A stretch of 64,000 nucleotides of DNA from positions 64,001-128,000 of the forward strand of contig OY821641.1 in assembly GCA_963555995.3 (NCBI GenBank), written 5' to 3'. The notes under the pieces were generated by a model that worked only from the letters and a program-made list of their open reading frames with translations, made no database searches and had not been told where the DNA came from. Source of the stretch: Vicinamibacteria bacterium (GTDB taxonomy: Bacteria > Acidobacteriota > Vicinamibacteria > Marinacidobacterales > Marinacidobacteraceae). Shown piece by piece: positions 1 to 9,902 of the stretch (positions are counted from its first letter, which is position 1; each line of letters begins with the position of its first letter). The position numbers were made by a program, and so were the translations under genes.

Positions 1-2010
1 TACGAAGGACTCCGGATCCAGGCCGACCGCATCGAGATCAACGAGGAGGAGCTGAGCGTTCGGGCGGAGGGCAACGTCGTCTTCGAACGGCGTGACGAGA
101 AGATCGTCGCCGAGTCCATGGAAGGCAGCCTCGAGGATGGGACGGCGGTCTTCAGGAACGCCCGGGGAATCCTCGGGCAGGACTTTCATTTCGTCGCCGA
201 GACCCTCGAGGAACTCGACGACGGGGCGTTCGCGATCGAGCGGGGAGCGTTCACCACCTGCGCCCAGCCGAATCCGCGCTGGAAGTTCACCGCGACCCGC
301 GCCGTCGTCCGGCCGGAGAAACATGTGTGGCTGCGCAACGTCGCGTTTCGGGTCAAGGACCTGCCGGTGAGCTACTTCCCGGCGCTCTACTACCCCCTCG
401 AGGAGGACGGCCGGCAGACCGGCTTCCTCATCCCGCGCTACAGCAACTCGGACCTCCGGGGACACCTCATCAGCCAGGGTTTCTACTGGGCCATCAACCG
501 CTCGATGGACGCGACGTTCAGCGTGGACCACTTCACGGTGGCGGGCACCGGTCTCGGCATGGAGTACCGCTATCGCGGGAACAGCGGTTCGCGGGGCGAA
601 GCCGAAGGGTTCCTCATCAACGACAAGACCACCGAGAACCGGGAGTACTCGCTCAGCTTCAACGTGGCGCAGCGGCTGCCGGCGCGATTCCGTTTCAGCG
701 CGGCCGGCGACATGTTCTCGAGCTTCGACTTCAGCCGGCGTTTCCAGGATTCCTTCTCGCGCTCCACCCGGCGGTTCCAGCGCGCCAAGGTGGACCTCAG
801 CGGCCAGCTCTTCCGTCACCGCCTCAAGTTCAAGATTGATCGCAAGGACACCCAGTACACGTCCCGGAGCAGCCGCCGGCAGACGATGCCTTCGTTCTCG
901 ATCACCCGGCGGAACCTGAACCTGCTGGGGCAGTTCGTCCAGCTCGGTTACGAGGCCAACTACGTGCGCGTGGGCCGCTCGCGCCGGGATGACTTCCAGG
1001 AGTGGAACCGGCTCTTCGTGGGGCCGACCCTGGGCCTCTCGCTTCCCGAGATCCCGTTCCTGCAACTGCGGGCGGAGATTGACGCGGGGTATCTGCGCTA
1101 CGGCGGTTCGATAGACCCTGAGACGGACGACTTCAATCCGGAGCTGGGACTGAGCCGGCGGTTCTACGGCACGTCCCTGCAACTGTCCGGTCCCAAGTTC
1201 GAACGTATCTTCGACACCGCGGGCAACTTCTACGCCGCCCGCTTCAAGCACCTGATCGAGCCGGAAGCCAACTGGGAGTACCGCAAGAGCGACGACAAGG
1301 ACGACTACGTCAACCGCTTCGACCGCTACGACAGCTCCACGCAGACGAACCAGATCAGCTTCGGGCTGGTGAACCGCGTGCTCGCCAAGCGCTACCGGGA
1401 TGGCGTCGAGGAATCGTCGGCGACCGACGTCATTACCTGGCGCATCCAGCAGAGTTGGTACTTCGACCCGGAGGCGGGCGCGTACGACTCCCGCTACGTG
1501 TCCTCTTCCTTCGAGGAGAGCGAAGTGGAGATACGGAAGTCCCCCATCCGCTCGGACTTCCGCTTCACTCCGGACCAGAGCGTGAACGGCGACTGGACCA
1601 TGGAGTGGGATCCGGACGAGCGGCTCTTCACCTCCATCCGCACCGGGTTGCGCGTCGGGGACCGGCTCTCCAACCGAAGGTTCAACTTCAACTGGTCCCG
1701 CCGCGCGCGCCGGGTCGGCGGGCCGGACAGCGAAGAAGTGGACGCGAAGAGCTATCTCCGCGCCGGCACCGACTTCTTCCCGACCGAAGTCGTTCGCACC
1801 GGTTTCGACGTCAACTACGACATCACCGAGCGGCGATTGTCCAACGTCCGGCTGCGCGCCGATCTCCTGTTCCAGTGTTGCGGGCTGAACGTGGAGTGGA
1901 TCCGCTACAACCTCGTGAGCCGGAGCGAGAACATCTTCCACTTCAGCATCACCCTCGGCGGCCTCACCAGCTTCGGTTTCGGCTCCGGTGGCCGCGACAG
2001 CTACTACTGA
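1..2010 (+). CDS. lptD: LPS-assembly outer-membrane protein LptD (5' end off-window)
   Basis: Frame is open from base 1 (YEGLRIQADRIE...). Contains FTTCAQPNPRWKF, RQTGFLIP and FYWAINRSMDAT motifs, a beta-barrel-like body and a C-terminal QCC. Confidence 0.85.
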   Translation, partial: YEGLRIQADRIEINEEELSVRAEGNVVFERRDEKIVAESMEGSLEDGTAVFRNARGILGQDFHFVAETLEELDDGAFAIERGAFTTCAQPNPRWKFTATRAVVRPEKHVWLRNVAFRVKDLPVSYFPALYYPLEEDGRQTGFLIPRYSNSDLRGHLISQGFYWAINRSMDATFSVDHFTVAGTGLGMEYRYRGNSGSRGEAEGFLINDKTTENREYSLSFNVAQRLPARFRFSAAGDMFSSFDFSRRFQDSFSRSTRRFQRAKVDLSGQLFRHRLKFKIDRKDTQYTSRSSRRQTMPSFSITRRNLNLLGQFVQLGYEANYVRVGRSRRDDFQEWNRLFVGPTLGLSLPEIPFLQLRAEIDAGYLRYGGSIDPETDDFNPELGLSRRFYGTSLQLSGPKFERIFDTAGNFYAARFKHLIEPEANWEYRKSDDKDDYVNRFDRYDSSTQTNQISFGLVNRVLAKRYRDGVEESSATDVITWRIQQSWYFDPEAGAYDSRYVSSSFEESEVEIRKSPIRSDFRFTPDQSVNGDWTMEWDPDERLFTSIRTGLRVGDRLSNRRFNFNWSRRARRVGGPDSEEVDAKSYLRAGTDFFPTEVVRTGFDVNYDITERRLSNVRLRADLLFQCCGLNVEWIRYNLVSRSENIFHFSITLGGLTSFGFGSGGRDSYY

Positions 2011-2101
2011 TGCGTGCACAGCCGGCTCCGGAGGTCGGCCCGGTTGGTGTGAGAATGCCGCCTGGGCGAAAGGTCCACCAGCGCACGTTGCACTGCCGGT
2101 T

Positions 2102-2264
2102 GGGAGCGCCGGTCTTCAGACCGGCACGCGCTGCGCCGCAGCGCAGCGCACGGCACGACGCTTACCTGCGTGGTGGCGTTCCGCTCCTGGTTCATCACCG
2201 CGAACTGCAACACGACATCCGCGGGCCTTCGGCCCGCTGTGCCGGTCTGAAGACCGGCGCTCCC
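2102..2264. repeat. REP doublet (REPIN-like)
   Basis: GGGAGCGCCGGTCTTCAGACCGGCAC at 2102-2127 and its exact reverse complement at 2239-2264. Confidence 0.85.
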
Positions 2265-2326
2265 AGCGGTGTTCCGAGACCGAGCGCCGCCACAGTGGTG
2301 AACTTCATTCCCGCGCATAACCGACC

Positions 2327-3049
2327 GTGGTTTCCCTGCTCGCGCTGAACGGCGTCCTCGCCTTCCTGGGCTGGCGGCTCCGGACCGTGACCGGCGCCGG
2401 TGCGCTCGCCGGATTCGTGGTCGGCGCCGCGGTCGTCCTGAGCCTGGGCGGGCCCGGGTACGGAGTGCTGCTCCTCTACTTCGCGCTCGGCGTCCTCGCG
2501 ACCCGGATCGGCTGGACGCGCAAACGGGCTCTCGGGATCGCGGAGGCCCGGGGCGGCGCGCGCGGACCACGGCAGGTGGCCGCGAACGGTGGACCGCCGG
2601 TGCTCTTCTGCCTTCTCGCCGGTCTCTTCCCGGTTTCCTGGGGCGCGCCCGCCGCTGCCGCGTTCGTCGGGTCGCTCGCCACCGCCGCCGCCGACACGGT
2701 CTCTTCGGAAGTGGGGAAATTCCTGGGAGGGACGGTTCGGCGGCTCCCCGGCCTCTCCCGGGCGCCGGCCGGGACGCCCGGTGGGGTCAGCTTCGGAGGT
2801 TCGGCCGCGGGGCTCCTCGCCTCCTTCGCGATCTGCGGCGCCGCCGCGGGGGGCGGGCTGATCCCGCCGGCATGGTTCCTGCCGGTGGCCGCCGCCGGGT
2901 TCGTGGCCGCCCTTTTCGAAGGTCTGCTCTCCCCGCTCGAGGCCCGCGGGACGCTCGGCAACGACGGAGTCAACGCTGTTTCCGTCTTCGCCGGCGGGCT
3001 CCTGGCGTTCGGGTGGGGATGGCTCGCGAGTGGGGGCGCGCCGGCTTGA
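2327..3049 (+). CDS. DUF92/TMEM19-family membrane protein
   Basis: Hydrophobic, with RGPRQVAANG, ATAAADTVSSEVG, GTPGGVS and NDGVN family motifs. Confidence 0.85.
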   Translation: MVSLLALNGVLAFLGWRLRTVTGAGALAGFVVGAAVVLSLGGPGYGVLLLYFALGVLATRIGWTRKRALGIAEARGGARGPRQVAANGGPPVLFCLLAGLFPVSWGAPAAAAFVGSLATAAADTVSSEVGKFLGGTVRRLPGLSRAPAGTPGGVSFGGSAAGLLASFAICGAAAGGGLIPPAWFLPVAAAGFVAALFEGLLSPLEARGTLGNDGVNAVSVFAGGLLAFGWGWLASGGAPA

Positions 3050-3960
3050 TCCGGTCCTTGACGCGGCGTCTCGGGCTCTACCGCGAATTCTCGCGGCCGT
3101 TCACCCTGCTGCCCCCCCTGATCGGTTTCCTCAGTGGGAGCGTCACCGCGTTCGGCGCGCCGCCCGCCCTCGAGACCGTCCCCTGGATCTATCCCGTCCT
3201 GGGGGCGGTCATGGCCGCCACCCTGAACGCGGCGAGCAACGCCCTGAACCAGATCTGCGACCTCGGGATCGATCGCATCACCAAACCGGACCGGCCGCTG
3301 CCTTCCGGGCGGCTGGGCCTCGCGGAAGCATGGTGGTTCACGGCGGTGTGCTGGGCCGGGTCGCTGGTCGCGGCGTGGTTCGTGAGTCCCGGCGGCCGGC
3401 GCGAGTGCTTCTGGATCGTCGTGGTGGCGAGCGTCTTCGTCTGGATGTACTCCGCGCCGCCGCTCAGGACGAAGCGGCTCGGCATGCTGGCGAACCTGAC
3501 GGTCGCCGTTCCCCGCGGGCTACTGCTCAAGGTGGCCGGCTGGTCGGCGCTCAAGTCGGTACTCGATCCCGAACCCTGGTTCATCGGGCTCATCTTCGGC
3601 CTGTTCCTGCTCGGCGCCACCACCACCAAGGACTTCTCCGACATCGCCGGAGACCGTGCGGGAGGCTGCCGGACGCTCCCGGTGGTGCACGGTCCGCGGG
3701 GCGCGGCCTGGCGGATCGCCCCGTTCTTCGTCCTGCCCTTCGTGCTGATTCCCGTGGGGGTCCGCACCGGTCTGCTGACCGGCAATCCCGTGCTGCTGGA
3801 CGCGCTCGGCGTCACGCTGGTGCTCTACGGGGCCTTCACGGCGTGGCTCATGCTGCGCCGTCCCGACGAGCTGGCGACCTGCAACCACGTGTCCTGGCGG
3901 CACATGTACCTGATGATGATGGTCGCCCAGCTCGGGTTCGCGGCCGCGTATCTCGTCTGA
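3046..3960 (+). CDS. UbiA-superfamily prenyltransferase (DGGGP/chlorophyll synthase-like motifs)
   Basis: NQICDLGIDRITKPDRPLPSG and KDFSDIAGD...RTLPV Asp-rich motifs. TTG start overlaps the DUF92 stop (TTGA). Confidence 0.8.
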   Translation: MIRSLTRRLGLYREFSRPFTLLPPLIGFLSGSVTAFGAPPALETVPWIYPVLGAVMAATLNAASNALNQICDLGIDRITKPDRPLPSGRLGLAEAWWFTAVCWAGSLVAAWFVSPGGRRECFWIVVVASVFVWMYSAPPLRTKRLGMLANLTVAVPRGLLLKVAGWSALKSVLDPEPWFIGLIFGLFLLGATTTKDFSDIAGDRAGGCRTLPVVHGPRGAAWRIAPFFVLPFVLIPVGVRTGLLTGNPVLLDALGVTLVLYGAFTAWLMLRRPDELATCNHVSWRHMYLMMMVAQLGFAAAYLV

Positions 3961-4014
3961 GCCGGGGCGCTCATCTCGCCCGGGGAGGGGCGGCGGTCCT
4001 ATACTGGCGCTCCC

Positions 4015-5334
4015 GTGAGCCAAACGTTTTCCCGCCGCAACCTGGGTCCCGGCCTCGCCGAACGGGACCCCGAAATCGCCGCCGCCATCCATGCCGAGGA
4101 GATCCGCCAGTCGGAGGGTCTCGAACTGATCGCGTCCGAGAACTTCGCGAGCGACGCGGTCATGGAAGCCACCGGTTCGGTGATGACCAACAAGTACGCC
4201 GAGGGGTACCCCGGCCGGCGCTACTACGGGGGCTGCATCCACGTGGACGAGGCGGAACGGCTGGCCCGCAACCGGGCCAAGGAACTCTTCGGTTCCCGGT
4301 TTGCGAACGTCCAGCCCCACAGCGGGTCCCAGGCCAACATGGTCGCCTACCAGGCGATCCTGGAACCGGGCGACACCTTCCTCGGCATGGCCCTCGACCA
4401 GGGTGGACACCTCACCCACGGCCACCCGCTGAACTTCTCGGGCCAGTTCTACCACCCCGTCGCCTACGGGGTGCGGCGGGAGGACGAACGCCTCGACCTC
4501 GACCAGTTGGCGCGGCTCGCCCGGGAACACCGGCCCAAGATGATCATGGTGGGCGCGAGCGCGTATCCGCGCCTCTATCCGAGCGCGGAAATCCGGCAGA
4601 TCGCGGACGAGGTCGGAGCGAAGGTGGTCACCGACATCGCGCACGTGGCCGGCCTGGTCGCGGGCGGCGCCATCCCGAGTCCGGTGCCCCATTCGGACGT
4701 CGTCACCACCACCACGCACAAGACGCTGCGGGGGCCGCGCGGGGGGCTCATTCTCTGGAACGAGAAGGCGTACGGAAAGGCGCTCAACCGGATCACCTTC
4801 CCGGGGATCCAGGGCGGGCCGATGATGCACACGATCGCCGCCAAGGCGGTGTGCTTCCGGGAGGCGCTCGATCCGTCCTTCGCCGAGTACGCGCGCCAGA
4901 TCGTGATGAACGCCAGGGCGCTTGCCGAGGCGCTCATGGGGCTGGGGTTCCGGCTGGTTTCCGGGGGGACCGACAACCACCTCGTGCTGGTGGACGTGGG
5001 CGCCCGGGGGATCACCGGCCGCGACGCCGAAGTGGCCATGGAGACCGCGGGGATCACCGCGAACAAGAACACCATCCCCTTCGACCCCGAGAAGCCCATG
5101 ATCGCGAGCGGCATCCGGCTGGGGACGGCGGCGCTCACCACCCGGGGAATGCGGGAGCGCGAGATGGCCGAGGTCGCGCGGCTGATGGACGCGGCGCTCC
5201 GGTCGGCGGGGGATGAGGCGGGGCTCGCCCGGATCGCCGCCGAGGTCGCCGAGCTGGCCTCCGGGTTCCCGCTGTACGTAACAGCCTGTGGCGAAACCCT
5301 CGCGAGCGCCGAGAGCGGTGAGGCGCCCGGTTGA
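4015..5334 (+). CDS. glyA: Serine hydroxymethyltransferase (C-terminus extended by a MITE)
   Basis: [42 protein letters not shown]. Confidence 0.97.
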   Translation: MSQTFSRRNLGPGLAERDPEIAAAIHAEEIRQSEGLELIASENFASDAVMEATGSVMTNKYAEGYPGRRYYGGCIHVDEAERLARNRAKELFGSRFANVQPHSGSQANMVAYQAILEPGDTFLGMALDQGGHLTHGHPLNFSGQFYHPVAYGVRREDERLDLDQLARLAREHRPKMIMVGASAYPRLYPSAEIRQIADEVGAKVVTDIAHVAGLVAGGAIPSPVPHSDVVTTTTHKTLRGPRGGLILWNEKAYGKALNRITFPGIQGGPMMHTIAAKAVCFREALDPSFAEYARQIVMNARALAEALMGLGFRLVSGGTDNHLVLVDVGARGITGRDAEVAMETAGITANKNTIPFDPEKPMIASGIRLGTAALTTRGMREREMAEVARLMDAALRSAGDEAGLARIAAEVAELASGFPLYVTACGETLASAESGEAPG

Positions 5335-5460
5335 CAAGGCGCGTGAGGGAGGAATACCGGGTGTATTCCGACCGATGCGCAACGATGAGCGCCGCGAAGC
5401 GGGGCGGTTCAGCCGGGATGCATCGCCGCTCGAACGCCGCGAGGGTTTTGGCACAGGCTG
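5282..5460 (+). mobile_element. 179-bp MITE, family A, copy 1
   Basis: Terminal inverted repeats CAGCCTGTG...CACAGGCTG. Same length as, and homologous to, 17250-17428 and 18736-18914. Confidence 0.85.
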
Positions 5461-5521
5461 TTGACGTCGGCGGCGTGAACGGCGGGAGCGCCGGCCGGCC
5501 GCCGGCGGGGGCGCGCCGGGA

Positions 5522-7528
5522 ATGAGCCGGGCGGCCGATTTCCTCGGTCCCCGCGGGGTGCTCTCCGAGTCGCTGCCCGGTTTCGAGCACCGCGCCGGGC
5601 AGGTGGAGATGGCGGCGCGCGTCGAGGCGACGCTGAACGGCGACGGGGCGCTGATGATCGAGGCGGGAACCGGGATCGGCAAGTCGTTCGCCTATCTGAT
5701 CCCGGCGCTCCTCTGCGGGGAGCGGGTGGTGATCTCGACGGCGACCCGGAACCTCCAGGACCAGCTCTTCGAGAAGGATCTTCCCCAGCTTCAGGGCCTG
5801 CTGGGAAGCCGGGTCCCGGTGGCCCGGATGAAGGGACGGGAGAACTACCTGTGCAAGCTGGAGTGGGCGAAGTTCCAGACCGAAGGGGACCTGAAGCTCG
5901 ATTCCCGGCGCAGCGCCGACCTGCGCCGCATCGCCCGCTGGGCGGAGAAGACGAAGACCGGAGACCGCGACGAGATCCGGGGACTCCGGGGGCCGGCCGA
6001 CTACTGGCGCGGCATTTCCACCATTTCCGAGAACTGCATCGGCCGCCGCTGTCCCCATCACGAGGAGTGTCACCTGACGACCCTGCGGAAGCAGGCGCAT
6101 TCCAGCCGGATCCTGATCGTGAACCACCACCTGCTGGTGGCGGACCTGATCGTGCGCCAGACCGATTTCGGCGAGGTGCTGCCCGAGTACGACCACCTGA
6201 TCGTGGACGAGGCCCACCGGCTCGAAGACGCCGCCACGCATGGCCTTTCGAGCACGCTCTCCGGGGCGGCGGCGGACCGGCTCGCGACCGACCTGACGCG
6301 CTTCCTCAAGCGATCGGCCCCCGAACTCGCCTCCCCTCCGGCCATCCGCAAGCTCCGGCGTTCGTACGGCGAGCTCTTCGAGACCCTCGAACCCGAACGC
6401 GACGACCGGCCGCGGCTGTTCCATCCCGAGAGCCTGCCCCCCGAGGCCAGGGAGCACGCCGAGGCGGCCTCCCTGCAACTCCAGGCCCTCGAAGGCCATC
6501 TTCTGAAGGTGCGGGAAGCCCTGAGAGAGAACCCGCCGCCGGACGGGAGCGATGGCGAGACCGGCGCCGAGCGGCTGCTGAAGCGCGTCGCCGAGTTCCG
6601 CATCGAGTTGACCGCGCTGATGACGCCGCGACCCGACTACGTCCACTGGAGCGTGTTCCGGAGAGAGGCCGCGCGTCCGGAAAACGGGAACGGCAGGGCC
6701 CGGCCCCGCCGCGGGTCCACCTGCTTCGCCAGCACCGCCCCGGTGCATCCCGGCGGCGAACTGCGGCAGGGGCTCTTCGATCCCCTGAAGTCCTGCGTGC
6801 TGACCTCCGCGACGCTGGCGCTCGACGGCGGCTTCGACTACGCCGCCGACGCGCTCGGGGTGACGGCGGCCTCGGGAAAGGTCGTCCCCTCGCCCTTCCA
6901 GTTCGAGGATCAGGCGCGGCTCTACGTTCCGCGCGACCTGGTGGACCCCCGCGACCCGGGGTTTCAGGATGCCGCCGCCGACCGGATCCTCCACCTGGTC
7001 GGCGCCAGCCGGGGCCGGGCCCTCATCCTGTTCACGAGCTGGGGGAACCTGGACCGCGTGGGCCGGGTGCTCGGGACGGCCTGTCCCTTCCCGGTGCTGC
7101 GGCAGCAGCGCGGCGGCGGCCACGCGGCGCTCCTCAACTCCTTCCGGGAAACGCCGAACGCGGTCCTGCTGGGAGTGCGCTCGTTCTGGGAGGGGGTGGA
7201 CGTTCCGGGAGACGCGCTCACCCTGCTGGTGATCGACAAGCTGCCCTTCCCGGTGCCGTCGGATCCCCTGCACCGGGCGCGCGCCGACCGTGCCGAGGAG
7301 GCGACCGGCGACGGCTTCGCCAACTACTCGGTGCCGCAGGCGGCCCTGACCCTGAAGCAGGGTCTCGGCCGGCTGATCCGGACCCAGCAGGATGTCGGGC
7401 TGGCCGCGGTCCTCGACTCGCGCCTGGTGCGCATGGCCTACGGCCGCCGGCTGCTGCGCAGCCTGCCGCCCTTCCCCCTGATCACGGGGCTCGACGAGGC
7501 GACCGGGTTCCTGGAGTCGCTGCCGTGA
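5522..7528 (+). CDS. DinG/YoaA-family Fe-S DNA helicase
   Basis: EAGTGIGKS, DEAH, four Cys ligands (YLC, ENC..RC...EC), FWEGVDVPG, QGLGRLIR. Confidence 0.9.
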   Translation: MSRAADFLGPRGVLSESLPGFEHRAGQVEMAARVEATLNGDGALMIEAGTGIGKSFAYLIPALLCGERVVISTATRNLQDQLFEKDLPQLQGLLGSRVPVARMKGRENYLCKLEWAKFQTEGDLKLDSRRSADLRRIARWAEKTKTGDRDEIRGLRGPADYWRGISTISENCIGRRCPHHEECHLTTLRKQAHSSRILIVNHHLLVADLIVRQTDFGEVLPEYDHLIVDEAHRLEDAATHGLSSTLSGAAADRLATDLTRFLKRSAPELASPPAIRKLRRSYGELFETLEPERDDRPRLFHPESLPPEAREHAEAASLQLQALEGHLLKVREALRENPPPDGSDGETGAERLLKRVAEFRIELTALMTPRPDYVHWSVFRREAARPENGNGRARPRRGSTCFASTAPVHPGGELRQGLFDPLKSCVLTSATLALDGGFDYAADALGVTAASGKVVPSPFQFEDQARLYVPRDLVDPRDPGFQDAAADRILHLVGASRGRALILFTSWGNLDRVGRVLGTACPFPVLRQQRGGGHAALLNSFRETPNAVLLGVRSFWEGVDVPGDALTLLVIDKLPFPVPSDPLHRARADRAEEATGDGFANYSVPQAALTLKQGLGRLIRTQQDVGLAAVLDSRLVRMAYGRRLLRSLPPFPLITGLDEATGFLESLP

Positions 7529-8271
7529 GCCAGCCGTCGCTCGCGGAGCGCCTTGCCGCGGTGCGCGACCGGATCTCCGAGAGCTGCCGCCGCGCCGGGC
7601 GGGCCGAGGAAAGGGTGCGGCTGGTGGCGGTGTCGAAGACGCGGCCGGCCGCCGACATCGAAGCGGCGGCCGCGCTCGGCGTCACCGACTTCGGGGAGAA
7701 CCGGATCCAGGAGGCGGCCGCGAAGCTCCCGGGTCTCGGGGCCTCGATCACCCCGCACCTGATCGGACATCTCCAGCGCAACAAGGCCCGGCAGGCGGCG
7801 GGGCTGTTTCCCGTGATCCAGTCGGTGCACAGCGTTGCCCTCGCCACCCGGCTGAGCGGCATGGTCAGCCAGGGGGTCGTCCCGCCCGGCGGTCCTCCGA
7901 TCCGGGTGCTGGCGCAGGTGGACCTCGCCGGCGAGGCCTCCAAGTTCGGAATCCCCGAGGCCGACCTGCCGCGCGCTCTGGAGGAGATCGCCGGGCTGTC
8001 CGGCCTGCGGCTCTCCGGGCTGATGCTGATGCCGCCGTTCGATCCCGATCCGGAGGCCGTTCGCCCCTGGTTCGTCCGCCTCCGGGAGCTGGGCCGCCGC
8101 TTCGCGGAACGGGGCCTGTTGCCCCGCGACCCCGAGCTCTCGATGGGCATGAGTCACGACTTCGAGGTGGCCATCGCCGAGGGCGCCACCACGGTCCGCG
8201 TCGGGACCGCGATCTTCGGGCCCCGGCCCGCCGCCCGGCCGGTGGGCCAGACTCCTACTGGACCGGCGTAA
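7525..8271 (+). CDS. yggS: YggS/PLP homeostasis protein
   Basis: LVAVSK, FGENRIQE, HLIGHLQRNK, LSMGMSHDF, VRVGTAIFG. GTG start overlaps the helicase stop. Confidence 0.93.
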   Translation: MSQPSLAERLAAVRDRISESCRRAGRAEERVRLVAVSKTRPAADIEAAAALGVTDFGENRIQEAAAKLPGLGASITPHLIGHLQRNKARQAAGLFPVIQSVHSVALATRLSGMVSQGVVPPGGPPIRVLAQVDLAGEASKFGIPEADLPRALEEIAGLSGLRLSGLMLMPPFDPDPEAVRPWFVRLRELGRRFAERGLLPRDPELSMGMSHDFEVAIAEGATTVRVGTAIFGPRPAARPVGQTPTGPA

Positions 8272-8914
8272 AGAAGCGGTCCCAGCGGGTGCGGGAAAAG
8301 AAGCGCACCGGCAGGAGCAGCAGGTCCACGAGGCGCCGGGACAGCCGGGTCTCCAGGTATTCCTCGCGCGGCGCCCCGTAGGACCAGTAGATGAAGAGTC
8401 CCTTGCCCTTGATGTTCTCGGCGGGGAGCGCGCCCCAGTAGCGGCTGTCGTGGCTGTTGTCCCGGTTGTCCCCCATCACGAAATAGTGTCCGTCCGGCAC
8501 CCGGTATTCCCGCATTCCGGGCTGTCCGCCGTGGACGAACCGGGTGTAGTCCTCGGGCAGGGGATCGCCGTTGATGAGGACCTGCTTTCGTCCGATCTGG
8601 AGCGTTTCACCGGGGAGCCCCACGACCCGCTTGATGAAGTCCCGCTCGGGCTCCTCGGGGAACTTGAACACCACCACGTCGCCCCGCTCGACGTCACGCG
8701 ACGGCAACACACCGGCGCCGCCGTCCTGGTAGAGCATCTTGTTGACCATCAGGTGGTCGCCGATGAGCAGGTTGTCCTGCATGGAGCCGGTCGGGATCTT
8801 GAACGCCTGGAAGACGAAGGTGCGCACGAAGAGCGCGAGGATCACCGCGGCGCAGATGGACTCGAAGTACTCGCGCGCGGTGGAGCGCGGGCGCGCCGCG
8901 GCGGGAGCGGTCAT
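8255..8914 (-). CDS. lepB: Signal peptidase I
   Basis: IPTGSM, FIKRVVGLPG, MGDNRDNSHDSRYWG. Start placed at ATG 8914. Confidence 0.93.
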   Translation of the reverse strand: MTAPAAARPRSTAREYFESICAAVILALFVRTFVFQAFKIPTGSMQDNLLIGDHLMVNKMLYQDGGAGVLPSRDVERGDVVVFKFPEEPERDFIKRVVGLPGETLQIGRKQVLINGDPLPEDYTRFVHGGQPGMREYRVPDGHYFVMGDNRDNSHDSRYWGALPAENIKGKGLFIYWSYGAPREEYLETRLSRRLVDLLLLPVRFFSRTRWDRFFTPVQ

Positions 8915-8924
8915 GACGGCCCGG

Positions 8925-9902
8925 TCAGGCGCCGTCCCAGGCCGGGGTCGCCGCTTCCTCCGGGGAACCGACCACCGTGGTGACCGTCTCCGGATCGAAG
9001 GACACGACGCCGATCGGCGCCTCGGGCGCCTCGGGGAAGAGGAGCTCGGGAACGATCTCGTAGATGCCGTCCCCGAGTCCGGCGCAGGTGACCACGGCGA
9101 AGAGGTTCGACTCATCCACCTGGTTCAGCATGCTCCGGGGGATGCGCACGTTGGCCAGGACCTCGTTGATGGAGGGCTGGCACTCGGGTTCGTCGGGCCC
9201 GCCGGGCGTGATCCAGACGGCCAGCCGCAGTTCGCGGGCTTCCCGCGCCTCGCCGATGTCAAGGCGGACGTCCACGTAGCGGACACTGGGACGGAGGGCG
9301 GGATCGAGCTCGATCTGGAGGCGCTGCGAAAAGGTCTCCCGCAGCCCCTGGGCGGAGATCGGCTCGGTGGTGATCTGCGCCGTGTCGCGCAGCAGCGACT
9401 CGGGCCCCTCCACCGCGAGTTCGAGGGGTTCGATCACCACGCTGTGGATCTCGAACCCCGTCGCGGGCTGGCCGAGCACGCGCGGGCTCACCCGGACGGT
9501 GCTGGTCAGGGTGCGGTCAAGACGCAGGAGCACCTGCGGGGGGTCCACCCGCATCACCTGCACGCCCGAGGGGGCTTCCACCGCTTCGGCCCCGAGAAAC
9601 CAGGTGCGCTCGCCGGGGGCTTCTCCCGCGAGGTCGAGCCGCGCGCGGAGTCCCTGGAGGGGGGAGTCGCGCAGCAGGCCGGAAGCGCCCCGGAGCCTCA
9701 CGTCCACCTCCTGCACCGACTGGTTCACGACTTCGAGTCCCGCCGGGACGTTGACGAGCTCCAGGGGGGTGGAAACGAGGACCTCGGCCCCCTGCTCGTC
9801 GGCGACGAAGAACCAGAGGCCGAATGCAAGCACGAGCGCCAGGATGGCGCGGAACATCTCGACCCCGCGGAAGGAGTCGGACCCCGCGGCGAACCTGCTC
9901 AA
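8925..9902 (-). CDS. cdaR: CdaR/YbbR-domain regulator
   Basis: N-terminal TM (LALVLAFGLWFFV) followed by YbbR-like repeats. Overlaps cdaA. Confidence 0.8.
   Translation of the reverse strand: MSRFAAGSDSFRGVEMFRAILALVLAFGLWFFVADEQGAEVLVSTPLELVNVPAGLEVVNQSVQEVDVRLRGASGLLRDSPLQGLRARLDLAGEAPGERTWFLGAEAVEAPSGVQVMRVDPPQVLLRLDRTLTSTVRVSPRVLGQPATGFEIHSVVIEPLELAVEGPESLLRDTAQITTEPISAQGLRETFSQRLQIELDPALRPSVRYVDVRLDIGEAREARELRLAVWITPGGPDEPECQPSINEVLANVRIPRSMLNQVDESNLFAVVTCAGLGDGIYEIVPELLFPEAPEAPIGVVSFDPETVTTVVGSPEEAATPAWDGA

Noticed and set aside
5331-5525. 64-aa [18 protein letters not shown]...
   Set aside because: It lies mostly within MITE A, so it is a repeat-derived ORF.
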